This document shows, piece by piece, positions 29,813-39,712 of a stretch of 64,000 nucleotides of DNA (positions are counted from its first letter, which is position 1; each line of letters opens with the position of its first letter). Under the pieces are notes generated by a model, which did not search any database, was not told where the DNA came from, and worked only from the letters and a program-made list of their open reading frames with translations. This DNA comes from a bacterium (lineage in GTDB: Bacteria > UBA8248): positions 1,760,001 to 1,824,000 of the forward strand of contig OZ241875.1 of NCBI GenBank assembly GCA_965203325.1, given 5' to 3'. The translations under genes were made by a program, and so were the position numbers.

Positions 29813-31171
29813 ATGCCGAGAAGAGTTGCCATTATCGGTGCGGGGGTCTCGGGACTGGGGGCGGCCTGGGCGCTGAACCGCCACCCCGAGCGGTTCGATT
29901 TCAGGCTCTTCGAGGCGCAGGAACAGGTGGGCGGCAACGCCGTCACCGCCGACATGCCGCAGGACGACGGCACCTCGATCCCCTTCGATATCTCCGTCAC
30001 CGCCTGCATCCCCTCGGTGTACCACCACATTCTTCTGCTGATGCAGATGTACGGAATCGAGCTGCTCGATACCCGGTTCAGCTACAGCGTGAAGTACCGG
30101 GGCGGCGTCTACGCGCACGATTTCGACTCCGACATCAGGCGGCAGCTGAGGCCCGAGATCGAGAAATTCCAGAAACTCTTAAGACGCCTGCAGTGGTTCG
30201 GCGTGCTCAGCCGCTCCCGCTCGCGGCTCCTGGGCGCGCTCAACCCGTTCAACTACGTGAGCATGGGCGCGGTCCTGAACCTGGGAAGATTTTCGGCTGA
30301 TTTCAGATACAAGATATTAAAACCCATGTTCGTCAACTTCCTCATGGCCACGAACGTGTTCGACATGCCCGCATCGCTGTTCTCGCGGTATCTGGAGTTC
30401 TTCGACATCGAATCCGCCACGCCGATGCAGACCTGGGACCGGGGCACGCGCCGCATCTACGAGGCGCTCTCGGCGGATTTCCGCGAAAAAATATATCTGG
30501 GCCGTCCGGTGCGGAAGGTGTACCGGGGCGCATCCGAGGTCGTCGTAGAGGATGAAGCGGGGAATAAGGAGACGTTCGATGCCGTCGTCTTCGCGTGCAA
30601 CGCGAACCAGACGCTGATGATGCTGGATGGGGCGACGAGGTTCGAGAACTGGCTGCTCTCCTCGATACGGTATGAGAGCGAACTGCACAACCACACGGTC
30701 GTCCATTCGGACGCCTCGGTGCTGCCGGATAACGACGTCCGGGCGCTCGCTACCCGCAGCAACCACATCGAACAATACGGCGCGCGGCCCGACAACTACG
30801 AGATCACCTACATCATGCACAACCAGCAGCCCTGGGCGAAGCGCTCGGACAAGCCGTGCCTGGTGACCTACAACCCCGTCAGCCGAATCGATGAGGACAA
30901 GATCATCAAGCGGTGGTGGTTTCAGCACATCGTCCACGACGTGCCCCACATCGCCTTGCTCATCCACCTGTTCCGCTTCGCGCAGGGGAGGAGGCGGACG
31001 TGGCACTGCGGCGCCCACACGCTCATCAACAGCCAGGAGACCTGTTTCGTCACCGGCCTCGCCGCGGCGAGGCAGCTGGGGGCGGACTATCCGTTTCAAG
31101 ATTCAGAAGCCAGGAAGTGGTTCAACTTCTACGGGCGCACGATGTACGGCCGGCGCTTCAAAAAGGCGTGA
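29813..31171 (+). CDS. FAD-dependent oxidoreductase (amine-oxidase fold, COG2907-like lipid desaturase/reductase type)
   Basis: RVAIIGAGVSGLGAAW, FEA...VGGNA, VHSD.SVLP, ITY.M, LVTYNP, QGRRRTWHCGA. Confidence 0.75.
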   Translation: MPRRVAIIGAGVSGLGAAWALNRHPERFDFRLFEAQEQVGGNAVTADMPQDDGTSIPFDISVTACIPSVYHHILLLMQMYGIELLDTRFSYSVKYRGGVYAHDFDSDIRRQLRPEIEKFQKLLRRLQWFGVLSRSRSRLLGALNPFNYVSMGAVLNLGRFSADFRYKILKPMFVNFLMATNVFDMPASLFSRYLEFFDIESATPMQTWDRGTRRIYEALSADFREKIYLGRPVRKVYRGASEVVVEDEAGNKETFDAVVFACNANQTLMMLDGATRFENWLLSSIRYESELHNHTVVHSDASVLPDNDVRALATRSNHIEQYGARPDNYEITYIMHNQQPWAKRSDKPCLVTYNPVSRIDEDKIIKRWWFQHIVHDVPHIALLIHLFRFAQGRRRTWHCGAHTLINSQETCFVTGLAAARQLGADYPFQDSEARKWFNFYGRTMYGRRFKKA

Positions 31172-31383
31172 GGCGGGGCTCCCCTGGCGCGGACGCTCCG
31201 GCGAAGCGCGGCGGCGCAAGGGGAGCCCGGCATCGCGGGTTATTTCAACAATCCCGCGAACCGCGGGTTCGATTCCGGGAAGAATTATATGCCGCAAACT
31301 GGTAATATAATCGCGGAAGAACACGATGCGCTCCGCTTTCTGCTTTTGCCGGCTCTGCCGATGACTTTCGACCGGAGGGAACC

Positions 31384-32202
31384 ATGATGCACGCTCATCT
31401 CGTCCGCACCGCTTTCCTTGTTCTCGCGCTCTGCGCTTTCTTTCTGGCTCATCCGCCTGCGCCGCCGCACGCGGAGGGCGCGACGCCCGAGGAAAAAGGG
31501 CTTCAGATCGCGCGCGATACCCGCGAGAGAGCCAAGGGCTTCGGAAACTTCACGGCCGAGCAGTCCATGGTGCTGCGCAACAAGCACGGTCAGGAGAGCC
31601 GGCGCCAACTGCGCGTGAAGGTGCTCGAGACGGACGGAGGCGGCAACAAGAGCCTGTTCGTCTTCGATCGCCCGCGCGACGTGAGGGGAACCGCGCTGCT
31701 CGTCCACGCCCACAAGAAGAAGAACGACGACCAGTGGCTCTACCTGCCCGCTCTGAAACGCGTCAAGCGCATCAGTTCGTCGAACCAGTCGGGCTCGTTC
31801 ATGGGCAGCGAATTCGCCTATGAGGACATGGGCACCCAGGAGGTGGAGAAATTCACCTACCGCTACCTGCGCGACGAGCCCTGCGGCAAGCTGACGTGCA
31901 CGGTCGTCGAGCGCTTCCCGACGAACAGGCGCTCGGGCTATCGCCGCCAAATCGTCTGGCAGGACAAGGGCGAGCTTCGCGCCTGGAAAGTGCAGTACTA
32001 CGACCGGAAGAACTCGCACTTGAAGACGCTCACGGTGAAGAAGTACAAGCAGTATCTGGGCAAGTACTGGCAGGCGCACGAGATGAACATGGTGAACCAC
32101 CTCACAGGCAAGAGCACCGTGCTGAGTTGGAAGGACTTCAAGTTCCGCACCAGGCTCAAAGCCAGCGAATTCACGCGAACCGGCCTGAAGCGGGTGCGCT
32201 GA
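31384..32202 (+). CDS. LolA-like outer-membrane lipoprotein-sorting / periplasmic lipid carrier
   Basis: Signal peptide; F..P.DVRGT.LL, DDQWLYLPALKRVKRIS, SFMGSEF.YED, YYDR....LKTL. Confidence 0.85.
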   Translation: MMHAHLVRTAFLVLALCAFFLAHPPAPPHAEGATPEEKGLQIARDTRERAKGFGNFTAEQSMVLRNKHGQESRRQLRVKVLETDGGGNKSLFVFDRPRDVRGTALLVHAHKKKNDDQWLYLPALKRVKRISSSNQSGSFMGSEFAYEDMGTQEVEKFTYRYLRDEPCGKLTCTVVERFPTNRRSGYRRQIVWQDKGELRAWKVQYYDRKNSHLKTLTVKKYKQYLGKYWQAHEMNMVNHLTGKSTVLSWKDFKFRTRLKASEFTRTGLKRVR

Positions 32203-33458
32203 TGCCGCCCCGCGCCGCTTTTCCCCGCGCGGTGCTGGCCGCCGTCCCCATCCTGGCCGTTTTCCTTTTCATCGGGACGAGCCTCGGGGCCGAAAGCATC
32301 GAGCACGAACTCTCCGGCAGCCTGGACGTCGACGGCCGGTGGTATCCCCAAACAGGCGCCCATCCCGAACAGCGCGCGCACGCGAGCGGCTTCGCAGCGG
32401 AGCCGAAGCTCCATCTCGAAGGCGGGGGGAACTGGAGTTTCACGATCTCGCCGTTTTTCCGCTACGACGGCGCGGACTCACGCCGCACCCACGCCGATTT
32501 GCGCGAGGCCTATCTTCTCATGTTCGGTGAAGCCGGCGACGGGGAATGGGAGTTGCGCCTGGGTGTGGACCGCGTGTTCTGGGGCGTCACCGAATCGCAG
32601 CACCTGGTCGACATCATCAACCAGACCGACCTCGTCGAGCATCCCAACAAGGAAAGCAAGCTGGGCCAGCCCATGGCCCACCTCACCTGGTCGGCGGAGT
32701 GGGGCATCCTGGAGTTTTTCGCCCTGACCTATCACCGCGCGCGCACCTATCCGGGCCGCCACGGCCGCCTGCGCTCCTCGATTCCCATAGACGACGAGCA
32801 CGTCTCATACGAGAACGCCGCCGGGGAGTGGCGCGTGGACCTCGCCGCCCGCTACAGCCACAGTTTCGGGCCTTTCGATTTAGGCCTCAGCGTATTCGAC
32901 GGCACCAGCCGGGATCCCTTTATCACCCCGCACCTGGACGAGCGCGGCGCGCTGACCCTGCGCCAGCACTACGAACCAATCCTTCAGTTCAGCGTGGACG
33001 CCCAGCTCACAATCGAGTCGTGGCTGCTCAAGCTCGAAGCCCTTCACCGCGAAGGCGCGCGGAACCTCCTGGGAATGGAAGAGGACTACGCCGCTTTCGT
33101 CATGGGCGGGGAGTACACCTTCAATTCCATCTGGGGCTCGGCCGCCGACCTCGGCCTCCTCGCCGAATGGAATTACGACGAGCGGCGCGAGCGTTCGAAC
33201 TCCGAGTTCCAGAACGACCTCTTCTACGCCGTGCGCCTGGGACTCAACGACGCCCAGAGCACGGAGATCATCGCCGGCGTTCTCGCGGACGCGGATCATT
33301 CCACGCGCACCATGAGCTTCGAACTGAGGCGCCGCCTCTCGGACCAGTGGTCCATGAAGCTCGAAGCGATTGTGCTGATGGACGTGGATGAGGAAGACAT
33401 CATCTACGACACGAGGCGGGACAGCTTCGTGGCCCTGAACGTGACGTACAATTTCTAG
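32202..33458 (+). CDS. Outer-membrane beta-barrel protein of the type accompanying RND/LolA-like pairs
   Basis: Translationally coupled (TGATG); signal peptide, 'DLREAY', 'G...VFWG..E....VDIIN', C-terminal 'VTYNF'. Confidence 0.75.
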   Translation: MPPRAAFPRAVLAAVPILAVFLFIGTSLGAESIEHELSGSLDVDGRWYPQTGAHPEQRAHASGFAAEPKLHLEGGGNWSFTISPFFRYDGADSRRTHADLREAYLLMFGEAGDGEWELRLGVDRVFWGVTESQHLVDIINQTDLVEHPNKESKLGQPMAHLTWSAEWGILEFFALTYHRARTYPGRHGRLRSSIPIDDEHVSYENAAGEWRVDLAARYSHSFGPFDLGLSVFDGTSRDPFITPHLDERGALTLRQHYEPILQFSVDAQLTIESWLLKLEALHREGARNLLGMEEDYAAFVMGGEYTFNSIWGSAADLGLLAEWNYDERRERSNSEFQNDLFYAVRLGLNDAQSTEIIAGVLADADHSTRTMSFELRRRLSDQWSMKLEAIVLMDVDEEDIIYDTRRDSFVALNVTYNF

Positions 33459-33538
33459 ATCGAATTTTCTTGTCTCTGCGCCCGTTGGAGTGCCCGCGTT
33501 TCGGGATGCGCGGGAGACGCCGCGCCGGCCGTTGCCGG

Positions 33539-35587
33539 TCAGGAAGTGAGGGCGACCGCCCGTTGGTCGCTTTCCGCCCGGTCACCCACCGCCCGATCAG
33601 ATGAGAAGATCGGGCGCTTCGACTTGATTCGGAGCTTGAGGCTCTTGCGAGGGGTGCAGGTCGGGAACGGATTGATTTTGACCGGGTAGCTCGATGGCAG
33701 CACTTCAAGCTCGAAGTAGTAGGCGATCATCAAAAGGTTGAGCGTCATTTGATATTCCGCCACTCTCGGGCCGAGGCAGGTGTGCGTACCGAAACCGAAC
33801 GCCCCGTAAGCCCCGTGTTTCTTGTGCTCCTCGCGCCCGGGAAGATACCGGTCGATGTCGAACTTCTGCGGATCCGGATAGTTCTCCTCCATGTAGTGCA
33901 CGGCGGTGGACGCCAGCACGACGCGAGCATCGAGGGGTAGTTCATAACCCTCCACGATGCAGCTGTTCATGACGGTTCTCAACTGCAACGGCACGCTAGG
34001 GTAGATCCGAAGGGTTTCGAGAATCAGCCGGTGGGCGGTGTCGATGGCCTCAGGCGTGATGTCCTCCGGATCGGGGTCTCCTTCGGCGAACAGCGCCTCG
34101 GCTTCCCTGCGCACGCGCTGAAAGACGTCCGGATGGGAGACCATCAAATAGAGCCCGAACGCGACGGCGGTGCCCATATACATGGCCGCGACGAACGGTA
34201 TGATCATCATGAACCTGGTATCGGTATCCGGAAAGTACTGCGGGTCGCTGGCGTGCAGGCTGAGCAGGTCGTCGATCAGGTCGCGGGGCTGGTTTTCACG
34301 CTGCGCCGGGGTGTGCGAGTTCCGGATCATGGAATAGACGTGGTCGATTCGCCGCCGGATGGCTTGCATTCGCGGCGTTCGCATGAAGAACTTCGGCAAA
34401 ATCTTCTGCGCGTAGGTGATCAACATGCGGTTCTTGTATTTGTGGATGTCGTCCACGTATTCTGAAAAGTCCATGCTGAACAGGAGCCGGGATACCTGGC
34501 CGGACATGAGGGTGCGGCTTGCGTCCTTGGCGACGAGCACGTCGCCCACGTTCCACGAATCAAGCGCAAGCCGTATCTCTTCGAACAGATCTCCGAGACG
34601 GTCGTTCAGGCGGCTCCGGGAGGAGGCCATCTGGAACGCCTTGCGCATACGGAAGTGTTCGGCCCCGTCCATGCCCGGCAGGCTTCTCGACGCGCCGAGC
34701 ACGGTCTCCATCCCCTCCATGGTTTCCTTCGATCGCAGGTGCATCCGACCATTCCGGTTGACCCAGATGTTCGCATCGTTCCCGGCGATGACGAAAACTC
34801 TCTTCTTGGAAAAGGGAGCCTTGATCACGAAGACCGGGCCGTAGTCGCGGTAAAGGTCGGCCAGCAGTCTGGACGTATTCCCTTGCCAAAGTGAATCTTT
34901 GCGGAGCATTTTCAACAGGCTCACGTTGGGAATGGGTTTCGTCGCTATCGCGATGGAGCGACTGACCGATGTCTCCGCGACGGCGGTGGCGACGGATCGA
35001 CTGATGCGGTCCAGCATGCCCAGCAGTTCGATACGCTCGCGTGAAGCCTCGTAGTCGCGCGGTTGCAGAAGAAACCTGAATGCGTCGCAGGCATCGGCAA
35101 GTCCGATGATGATGGCGTCACGGGGATAGGGTATGTCGTCCCCCAAGATCGTCTCGACGATCCGCTGGCGGACTATCGACCGGGACTCGCCATTGGACAT
35201 GCCGTTGTCCGCTTTCGCCGCGTCTCGCGAGAGAGACCAGAAACCGCCGTTCGTATAGTACAGGACCCCGTTTTTCGACAACCGTTCGAGAGAATGATAC
35301 AGGATATCATCCGACGTACCGGCGATTTTCTCGACCCAGTAACTGACGGTGCGTGGCTCCGGATCGGCGGCAATGGTCGCCAGAACGGGGTCGAGGAGAT
35401 CGTCTCCCATAGGTGATGGATCGTCCAACGAAAGCATCTCTTGAGCGGTGTCGATACGGGACTCGAGGTCGAGGTCCGCCAGCGCGGCGCCGGCGAGAAC
35501 GCACGAGAGATTCCAGCCCGCCACCTGTTCGAGATAGCCGCTCTCTTCGTTCAGCAACAGGAGTATGATTTCTTCCGTCAGCCTCAT
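33539..35587 (-). CDS. GPP34/GOLPH3-like domain fused to cytochrome P450
   Basis: N-terminal 'LTEEIILLLL...G....LAGA.LADL.LE.RI......P.GDDLLD..L..I' GPP34-like segment; P450 ETLR (ExxR), F.IDR, heme motif FGFGTHTCLG. Confidence 0.85.
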   Translation of the reverse strand: MRLTEEIILLLLNEESGYLEQVAGWNLSCVLAGAALADLDLESRIDTAQEMLSLDDPSPMGDDLLDPVLATIAADPEPRTVSYWVEKIAGTSDDILYHSLERLSKNGVLYYTNGGFWSLSRDAAKADNGMSNGESRSIVRQRIVETILGDDIPYPRDAIIIGLADACDAFRFLLQPRDYEASRERIELLGMLDRISRSVATAVAETSVSRSIAIATKPIPNVSLLKMLRKDSLWQGNTSRLLADLYRDYGPVFVIKAPFSKKRVFVIAGNDANIWVNRNGRMHLRSKETMEGMETVLGASRSLPGMDGAEHFRMRKAFQMASSRSRLNDRLGDLFEEIRLALDSWNVGDVLVAKDASRTLMSGQVSRLLFSMDFSEYVDDIHKYKNRMLITYAQKILPKFFMRTPRMQAIRRRIDHVYSMIRNSHTPAQRENQPRDLIDDLLSLHASDPQYFPDTDTRFMMIIPFVAAMYMGTAVAFGLYLMVSHPDVFQRVRREAEALFAEGDPDPEDITPEAIDTAHRLILETLRIYPSVPLQLRTVMNSCIVEGYELPLDARVVLASTAVHYMEENYPDPQKFDIDRYLPGREEHKKHGAYGAFGFGTHTCLGPRVAEYQMTLNLLMIAYYFELEVLPSSYPVKINPFPTCTPRKSLKLRIKSKRPIFSSDRAVGDRAESDQRAVALTS

Positions 35588-35686
35588 CCGAAATCGCCTC
35601 TCAAGATTTGGTGAAGGAGTATTCTGCTCCTCGCGGCTTCCAAAGGACAGGACTACGCCGTTCCGGCGCCCACGGCAGGAAGCCGA

Positions 35687-35730
35687 TGGGGCCATTATGG
35701 CCCAGTAAAACGATTGATTTCAAGTATTTT
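35687..35730 (-). promoter_or_regulatory. Putative sigma70-like promoter shared with the RND gene
   Basis: Minus strand TTGAAA-N18-CATAAT; TGGGGCCATTATGGC is identical at 39344-39358. Confidence 0.5.
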
Positions 35731-35774
35731 GTTCCGTATCCATCGCTCCGACAACCGCATGAAGCCGCGCCTGT

Positions 35775-35959
35775 GAGGTCGTTGAAACAGTCCCGATTTT
35801 CAGGGGGTGGAGGGGCAATCAAATCGACCGGGGAGGCGCCGCCCCGTAGGGACAGGCCTCCGTGCCTGTCCTGATTCGAACCATCCCGCACCTGATTCGA
35901 ACCATCCCGCAAAAGGACAACCACAACACCGACCAACCACGGGTTTTTCAACAGCCCCC
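35775..35959. mobile_element. MITE with IS1182-like ends, internal GTAG-REP and 21-bp tandem duplication
   Basis: GAGGTCGTTGAAA ... TTTTTCAACAGCCCC; GTAGGGACAGGC..GCCTGTCC; CCTGATTCGAACCATCCCGCA x2 (35870-35911). Confidence 0.65.
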
Positions 35960-36699
35960 TATCCGCCGCCCATGGCCGCGAGCCGCTCGACCGCTTTTTG
36001 GTGAATCAGCCGCTCCAAGGCGTCTTCGGGCGGTAATTTTACCGCGCGCTCGAGCAGGCCGCGCGCCCTTGCGCGGTTCTTATCGGCATCCAGGCTCAGA
36101 AGACCGAGCGCGTACTCGAACAGCGCCGATTTGTCCCGAGGCACCAGTTCGAGCGCCCGCCCGAAATGGGCGAGCGCCTCCTCTTCGCTCGCCCCGTAGA
36201 GCAGACCGGCGAAGAATCCCCCTGCGCCGACGGCACCCGCATGCCAAGCGGCCAGGCTGACGTGGGCGGCCGCCATTTTCGGGTCCAGGCGAAGCGCCTC
36301 CTGAATCGCATCGCGCACTTTGGTTGCGTAACCCTCCTTGAGCGCCTTAAGCGCGCCGCCCACCTGCGCCTGGCGGCCCATGGCGTGGGCCAATTGGAGA
36401 TGGGCCTCGGGGTTGGCCGCGTCCAGCCGAACCGCCTCCCGCGCGAGTTTCTCGGCCCGCTTGAACAAGCCTGCTTTTTCACCCTCCGGCGCGATGTAGT
36501 AGCCGTGAATCGCCAGTGAATCGGCGGCCAAGGCATAGCCCTCCGAGGTTGCGATAACCCGGGCGAGATCGGCGGCATCCACGAAGCGGCCCTCGGCATA
36601 CGCGGCGCGCGCCTCTTCGATCGACTGCGCGCAGGCATTCCCCGCAAACAAGAACGTGCAGGCAATTGTCAGGTAGATACGGAATAGGGACTTGTACAT
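35959..36699 (-). CDS. Exported TPR-like helical protein
   Basis: Signal peptide; repeats 'A.RLD..NPEAH', 'ALRLDP...AAH', 'F.RALEL.P'. Confidence 0.75.
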   Translation of the reverse strand: MYKSLFRIYLTIACTFLFAGNACAQSIEEARAAYAEGRFVDAADLARVIATSEGYALAADSLAIHGYYIAPEGEKAGLFKRAEKLAREAVRLDAANPEAHLQLAHAMGRQAQVGGALKALKEGYATKVRDAIQEALRLDPKMAAAHVSLAAWHAGAVGAGGFFAGLLYGASEEEALAHFGRALELVPRDKSALFEYALGLLSLDADKNRARARGLLERAVKLPPEDALERLIHQKAVERLAAMGGG

Positions 36700-36906
36700 T
36701 ATATACTTCCTGCGGACCGGCGGACTCCATGGCCGTTTCGGTTCAGGAGGGTATTATACGAAAATCGCAAGAGGCGTCCGTTTCGCAAAAAAGTCGTCTG
36801 CCCTGCTCCGGCTTGCGGGCGAGTATGAAATACATCGGGATGAAAATGCCGAGGCGGCCGGCTTCGCTGATGACCGCAGCGGCAAGGTTCATTCGGTGAG
36901 CATGGA

Positions 36907-39222
36907 TCATTGCGTCTTTCGGTCGAGGGCTATCAGCAGGGGCGGCAGGAGCAGCAAATCCAGGATCAGCGCGAAGCTGAGCGTGAGCGCCACCAGGAGG
37001 CCGAGCATCCAGGTGATCGCGAATCCCGACGTGGCGAACACCAGGAAGCCCAGCACCAGGATCGAGGTCGTGGAGAACAGCGCAAAACCTACCGAACGGA
37101 AGGTGGTGCGCACCGCCTCGGGTGAGGAAAGGCCCTCGCGGCGCCCCTTCAGATACTTGCTCATGAAGTGAATCGTGTCGTCGACGACGATCCCGAAGGC
37201 GATCGCGGTCACGAGAGAACCGGCGGGCCCCACCTCGCTGTAGAGATAACCCCAGACGCCGAAGGCCATGGCAGCGGGGATGAGGTTGGGCATGAGGCTG
37301 ATGAGGCCGAGGCGCAGGCTCTTGAAAATCCCGATCAGGATCAGCGAAATGAGGACCATGCCGGTAAGCGTGCCCCACAACATGCTCAAGGTGTTCCGAA
37401 TGGCCAGATGGGCGAAGATGAGGCTGTACCCCGACGCCCCTTTCGCGAGGCCGGGCGCGTTGGCGCTGAGCCATTTCTGCCCGCGCGCTTCGAGCGCGCG
37501 CAACTCCTCGGACTTGAGTCTTTTGAGTGTGACGGTCATGCGCGTGGCGGATTTGGCGACGTTGATGCGATTGTTGAGGTCCATGCCGAAGGGAACCGAA
37601 AACTCGTAGAGCAGCAGATACTGCGCGGCAAGCCGGGAGTTTTCCGGCAGCCGGTAGAAGGCGGGATTATCGCCGTTCATGTTCTTGTTGAGGCGCTTCA
37701 TGATGTCCGTAAACACCTGGACATGCGCCACTTCCGGCTGGGCGCGGTACCATCCGGCGAAAGCCTCGACTTTTTTCAGGTACGCAGGATCGGTGATTCC
37801 GGCTTCGCGCCCGGAGTCGAGGGAGTACTCCAGGGTTTCCACGCCGGTCAGGTTCTCGATGACGAAGTCCGTGTCGCGCCGGAACTCGTAACGCTCATCC
37901 AGATGCTGCGTCCAGTTGTCCGTCAGCTCGACGCGGGGCACACCCGCCACGAGCGCGATCGCAACGACGGCCGCAGACCAGAGCAGGAACGTGCGGCGCG
38001 CGACGACGAAGGCGCCGAGCCGATCGAAGAGGCCGGAACCCCCGGCGCCCGCCTGTCGCGCGCGCAATGGCAGGACCGACAGCAGCGCCGGCAGAAGCGT
38101 CATGGAATAGGCGTAGGCGCACAGCATGCCGAACGCCACCAGGTTGCCGAGTATCCGAAAAGGCGGAGAGTCCGAGGCGTTCATGCTGAGGAACCCGATG
38201 ATCGTCGTGGCCGTCGTCAGGAACACGGGCCAGGCATTGTGGCGCAGCGATTCGGCAATCGCCGCGTCCCTGTCCAGACCTCCCCGCATGCCTGAAACGA
38301 TCGAATCGACGACGTGGACCGAGTGCGCGATGGCGAGCGTCATGATGATGAGGGGAACGCTGGAGTTGGCTGCGTTGAGCACCAGGCCGATCCAGCCGAT
38401 GACGCCCATGGCCGAGATGACGGTGAAGATGACGACGGCGATGAGGGACAGCGTGCCGAACAGGGAGCGCAGGAGGATGGCGGCGACGAACACGATGACG
38501 AGGAATGCCGCGGGCGCGAGAATCCCCATATCGTCCTGGGCCGCTTCCGTCAGGACCTGGTTCACGAAGACGTTGCCGGTAACGTGATATTCGATGTCCG
38601 GGTGCTTCGCCCGGGCCTTGGCCAGGAGGCCGCGGATATGGTTGTAAATCCGTATCTCCGCGGCGTCGGAACGCTCGGGCAAGGCGAAAATGACGACCAG
38701 ACCGGCGACGCGCCCGTCTCCCGAGACGAGACGGCCTACGACACTGCTCTCGCTCAGCGCAATCTTCTTGATCCGCGCGAGGTCTTCGTCGCCGAGCGAG
38801 CCCGCGTCGTCCACGAGGCGCTCCACGATCAAGTCGTCCCCTTCCGCCTCGGTGTGGTTATAGTTGACGAGGGAGTCGACCCGCGTGGCCCTAGGCACGC
38901 GCCACAAGTCCTCGGTCAACTCTTCGATGGCGCCGAGCGCCTGCCGCGTGAATACCGACCCGCCCTTGGGCGCGACCGCGACCACCGCCGCATTGGTCGC
39001 CGAATAAGTGGCTTCCATGGCGTCGAATGCGACGAGTTCGGGATTGCCCTCGTCCAGCATGTCGCGCCAGTCGTTGGAGATAACGATGGTGCGGAGGCCG
39101 ACCGCCAGAACCAGCATGACGCCCAGGGCCGCCGCGAGGAAGAGCCATCGGCGCCGCAACAAGAACGCAATGTAGCGGTTTAGAGGTGCGGACATCAGGG
39201 GCCTCGCTATCCGGCGGCTCAT
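36907..39222 (-). CDS. MMPL/RND-family (sterol-sensing-like) lipid transporter
   Basis: Two-fold repeat with ~12 TM; 'LT..TT..GF.S...SD.PPF', 'GIVVDDTIHF', periplasmic loops. Confidence 0.9.
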   Translation of the reverse strand: MSRRIARPLMSAPLNRYIAFLLRRRWLFLAAALGVMLVLAVGLRTIVISNDWRDMLDEGNPELVAFDAMEATYSATNAAVVAVAPKGGSVFTRQALGAIEELTEDLWRVPRATRVDSLVNYNHTEAEGDDLIVERLVDDAGSLGDEDLARIKKIALSESSVVGRLVSGDGRVAGLVVIFALPERSDAAEIRIYNHIRGLLAKARAKHPDIEYHVTGNVFVNQVLTEAAQDDMGILAPAAFLVIVFVAAILLRSLFGTLSLIAVVIFTVISAMGVIGWIGLVLNAANSSVPLIIMTLAIAHSVHVVDSIVSGMRGGLDRDAAIAESLRHNAWPVFLTTATTIIGFLSMNASDSPPFRILGNLVAFGMLCAYAYSMTLLPALLSVLPLRARQAGAGGSGLFDRLGAFVVARRTFLLWSAAVVAIALVAGVPRVELTDNWTQHLDERYEFRRDTDFVIENLTGVETLEYSLDSGREAGITDPAYLKKVEAFAGWYRAQPEVAHVQVFTDIMKRLNKNMNGDNPAFYRLPENSRLAAQYLLLYEFSVPFGMDLNNRINVAKSATRMTVTLKRLKSEELRALEARGQKWLSANAPGLAKGASGYSLIFAHLAIRNTLSMLWGTLTGMVLISLILIGIFKSLRLGLISLMPNLIPAAMAFGVWGYLYSEVGPAGSLVTAIAFGIVVDDTIHFMSKYLKGRREGLSSPEAVRTTFRSVGFALFSTTSILVLGFLVFATSGFAITWMLGLLVALTLSFALILDLLLLPPLLIALDRKTQ

Positions 39223-39343
39223 GGCCGCGGCAAACCCGCCGGTTCCATGGGCGGTTGCTTACTGGATACGAATCCCGATCATCGCAACGCGGCTTGCGCG
39301 GTGAAAATCCATGACGCTCGGGCCGCTGCAACAGTGAGCCAAG

Positions 39344-39387
39344 TGGGGCCATTATGGCTTAGCGGATCGATGGATTCAAGCTTTTTG
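39344..39387 (-). promoter_or_regulatory. Putative sigma70-like promoter, copy of the P450 upstream motif
   Basis: Minus strand TTGAAT-N17-CATAAT followed by GGCCCCA. Confidence 0.5.
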
Positions 39388-39424
39388 TCCTGCGCCGTAT
39401 TCTCCGGACGGCGCGCGGGAACCA

Positions 39425-39712
39425 GGGGTTGTTGGAAAAGCCCCCTCATCAGGGGATGAAGGCACCCCCCCCTACCCCCCCTTGTCAGGGGTCAAACGCG
39501 AGTGATGAACGAGCGTTTGCATAAGCCATTGACGAGAAACACATCGTCTTGCAAAACCTCCCTCTTCGGTCGGTTTTGACCCCTGACAAGGGGGGGTAGG
39601 GGGGGGTGGTTTTCAGGGCGAGGAGAGCGTGCCGAATCCGCCTTTGGCCGTCATTCCGGCGAAAGCCGAAATGACGGTGAACTCTGTTGCATTGGGCTTT
39701 TTCAACAAGCCC
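39425..39712. mobile_element. MITE with IS1182-like ends containing nested palindromes
   Basis: GGGGTTGTTGGAAAAGCCC ... GGGCTTTTTCAACAAGCCC; internal IR CCCTACCCCCCCTTGTCAGGGGTCAAA / TTTGACCCCTGACAAGGGGGGGTAGGG and hairpin CCGTCATTCCGGC-GAAA-GCCGAAATGACGG. Confidence 0.7.
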
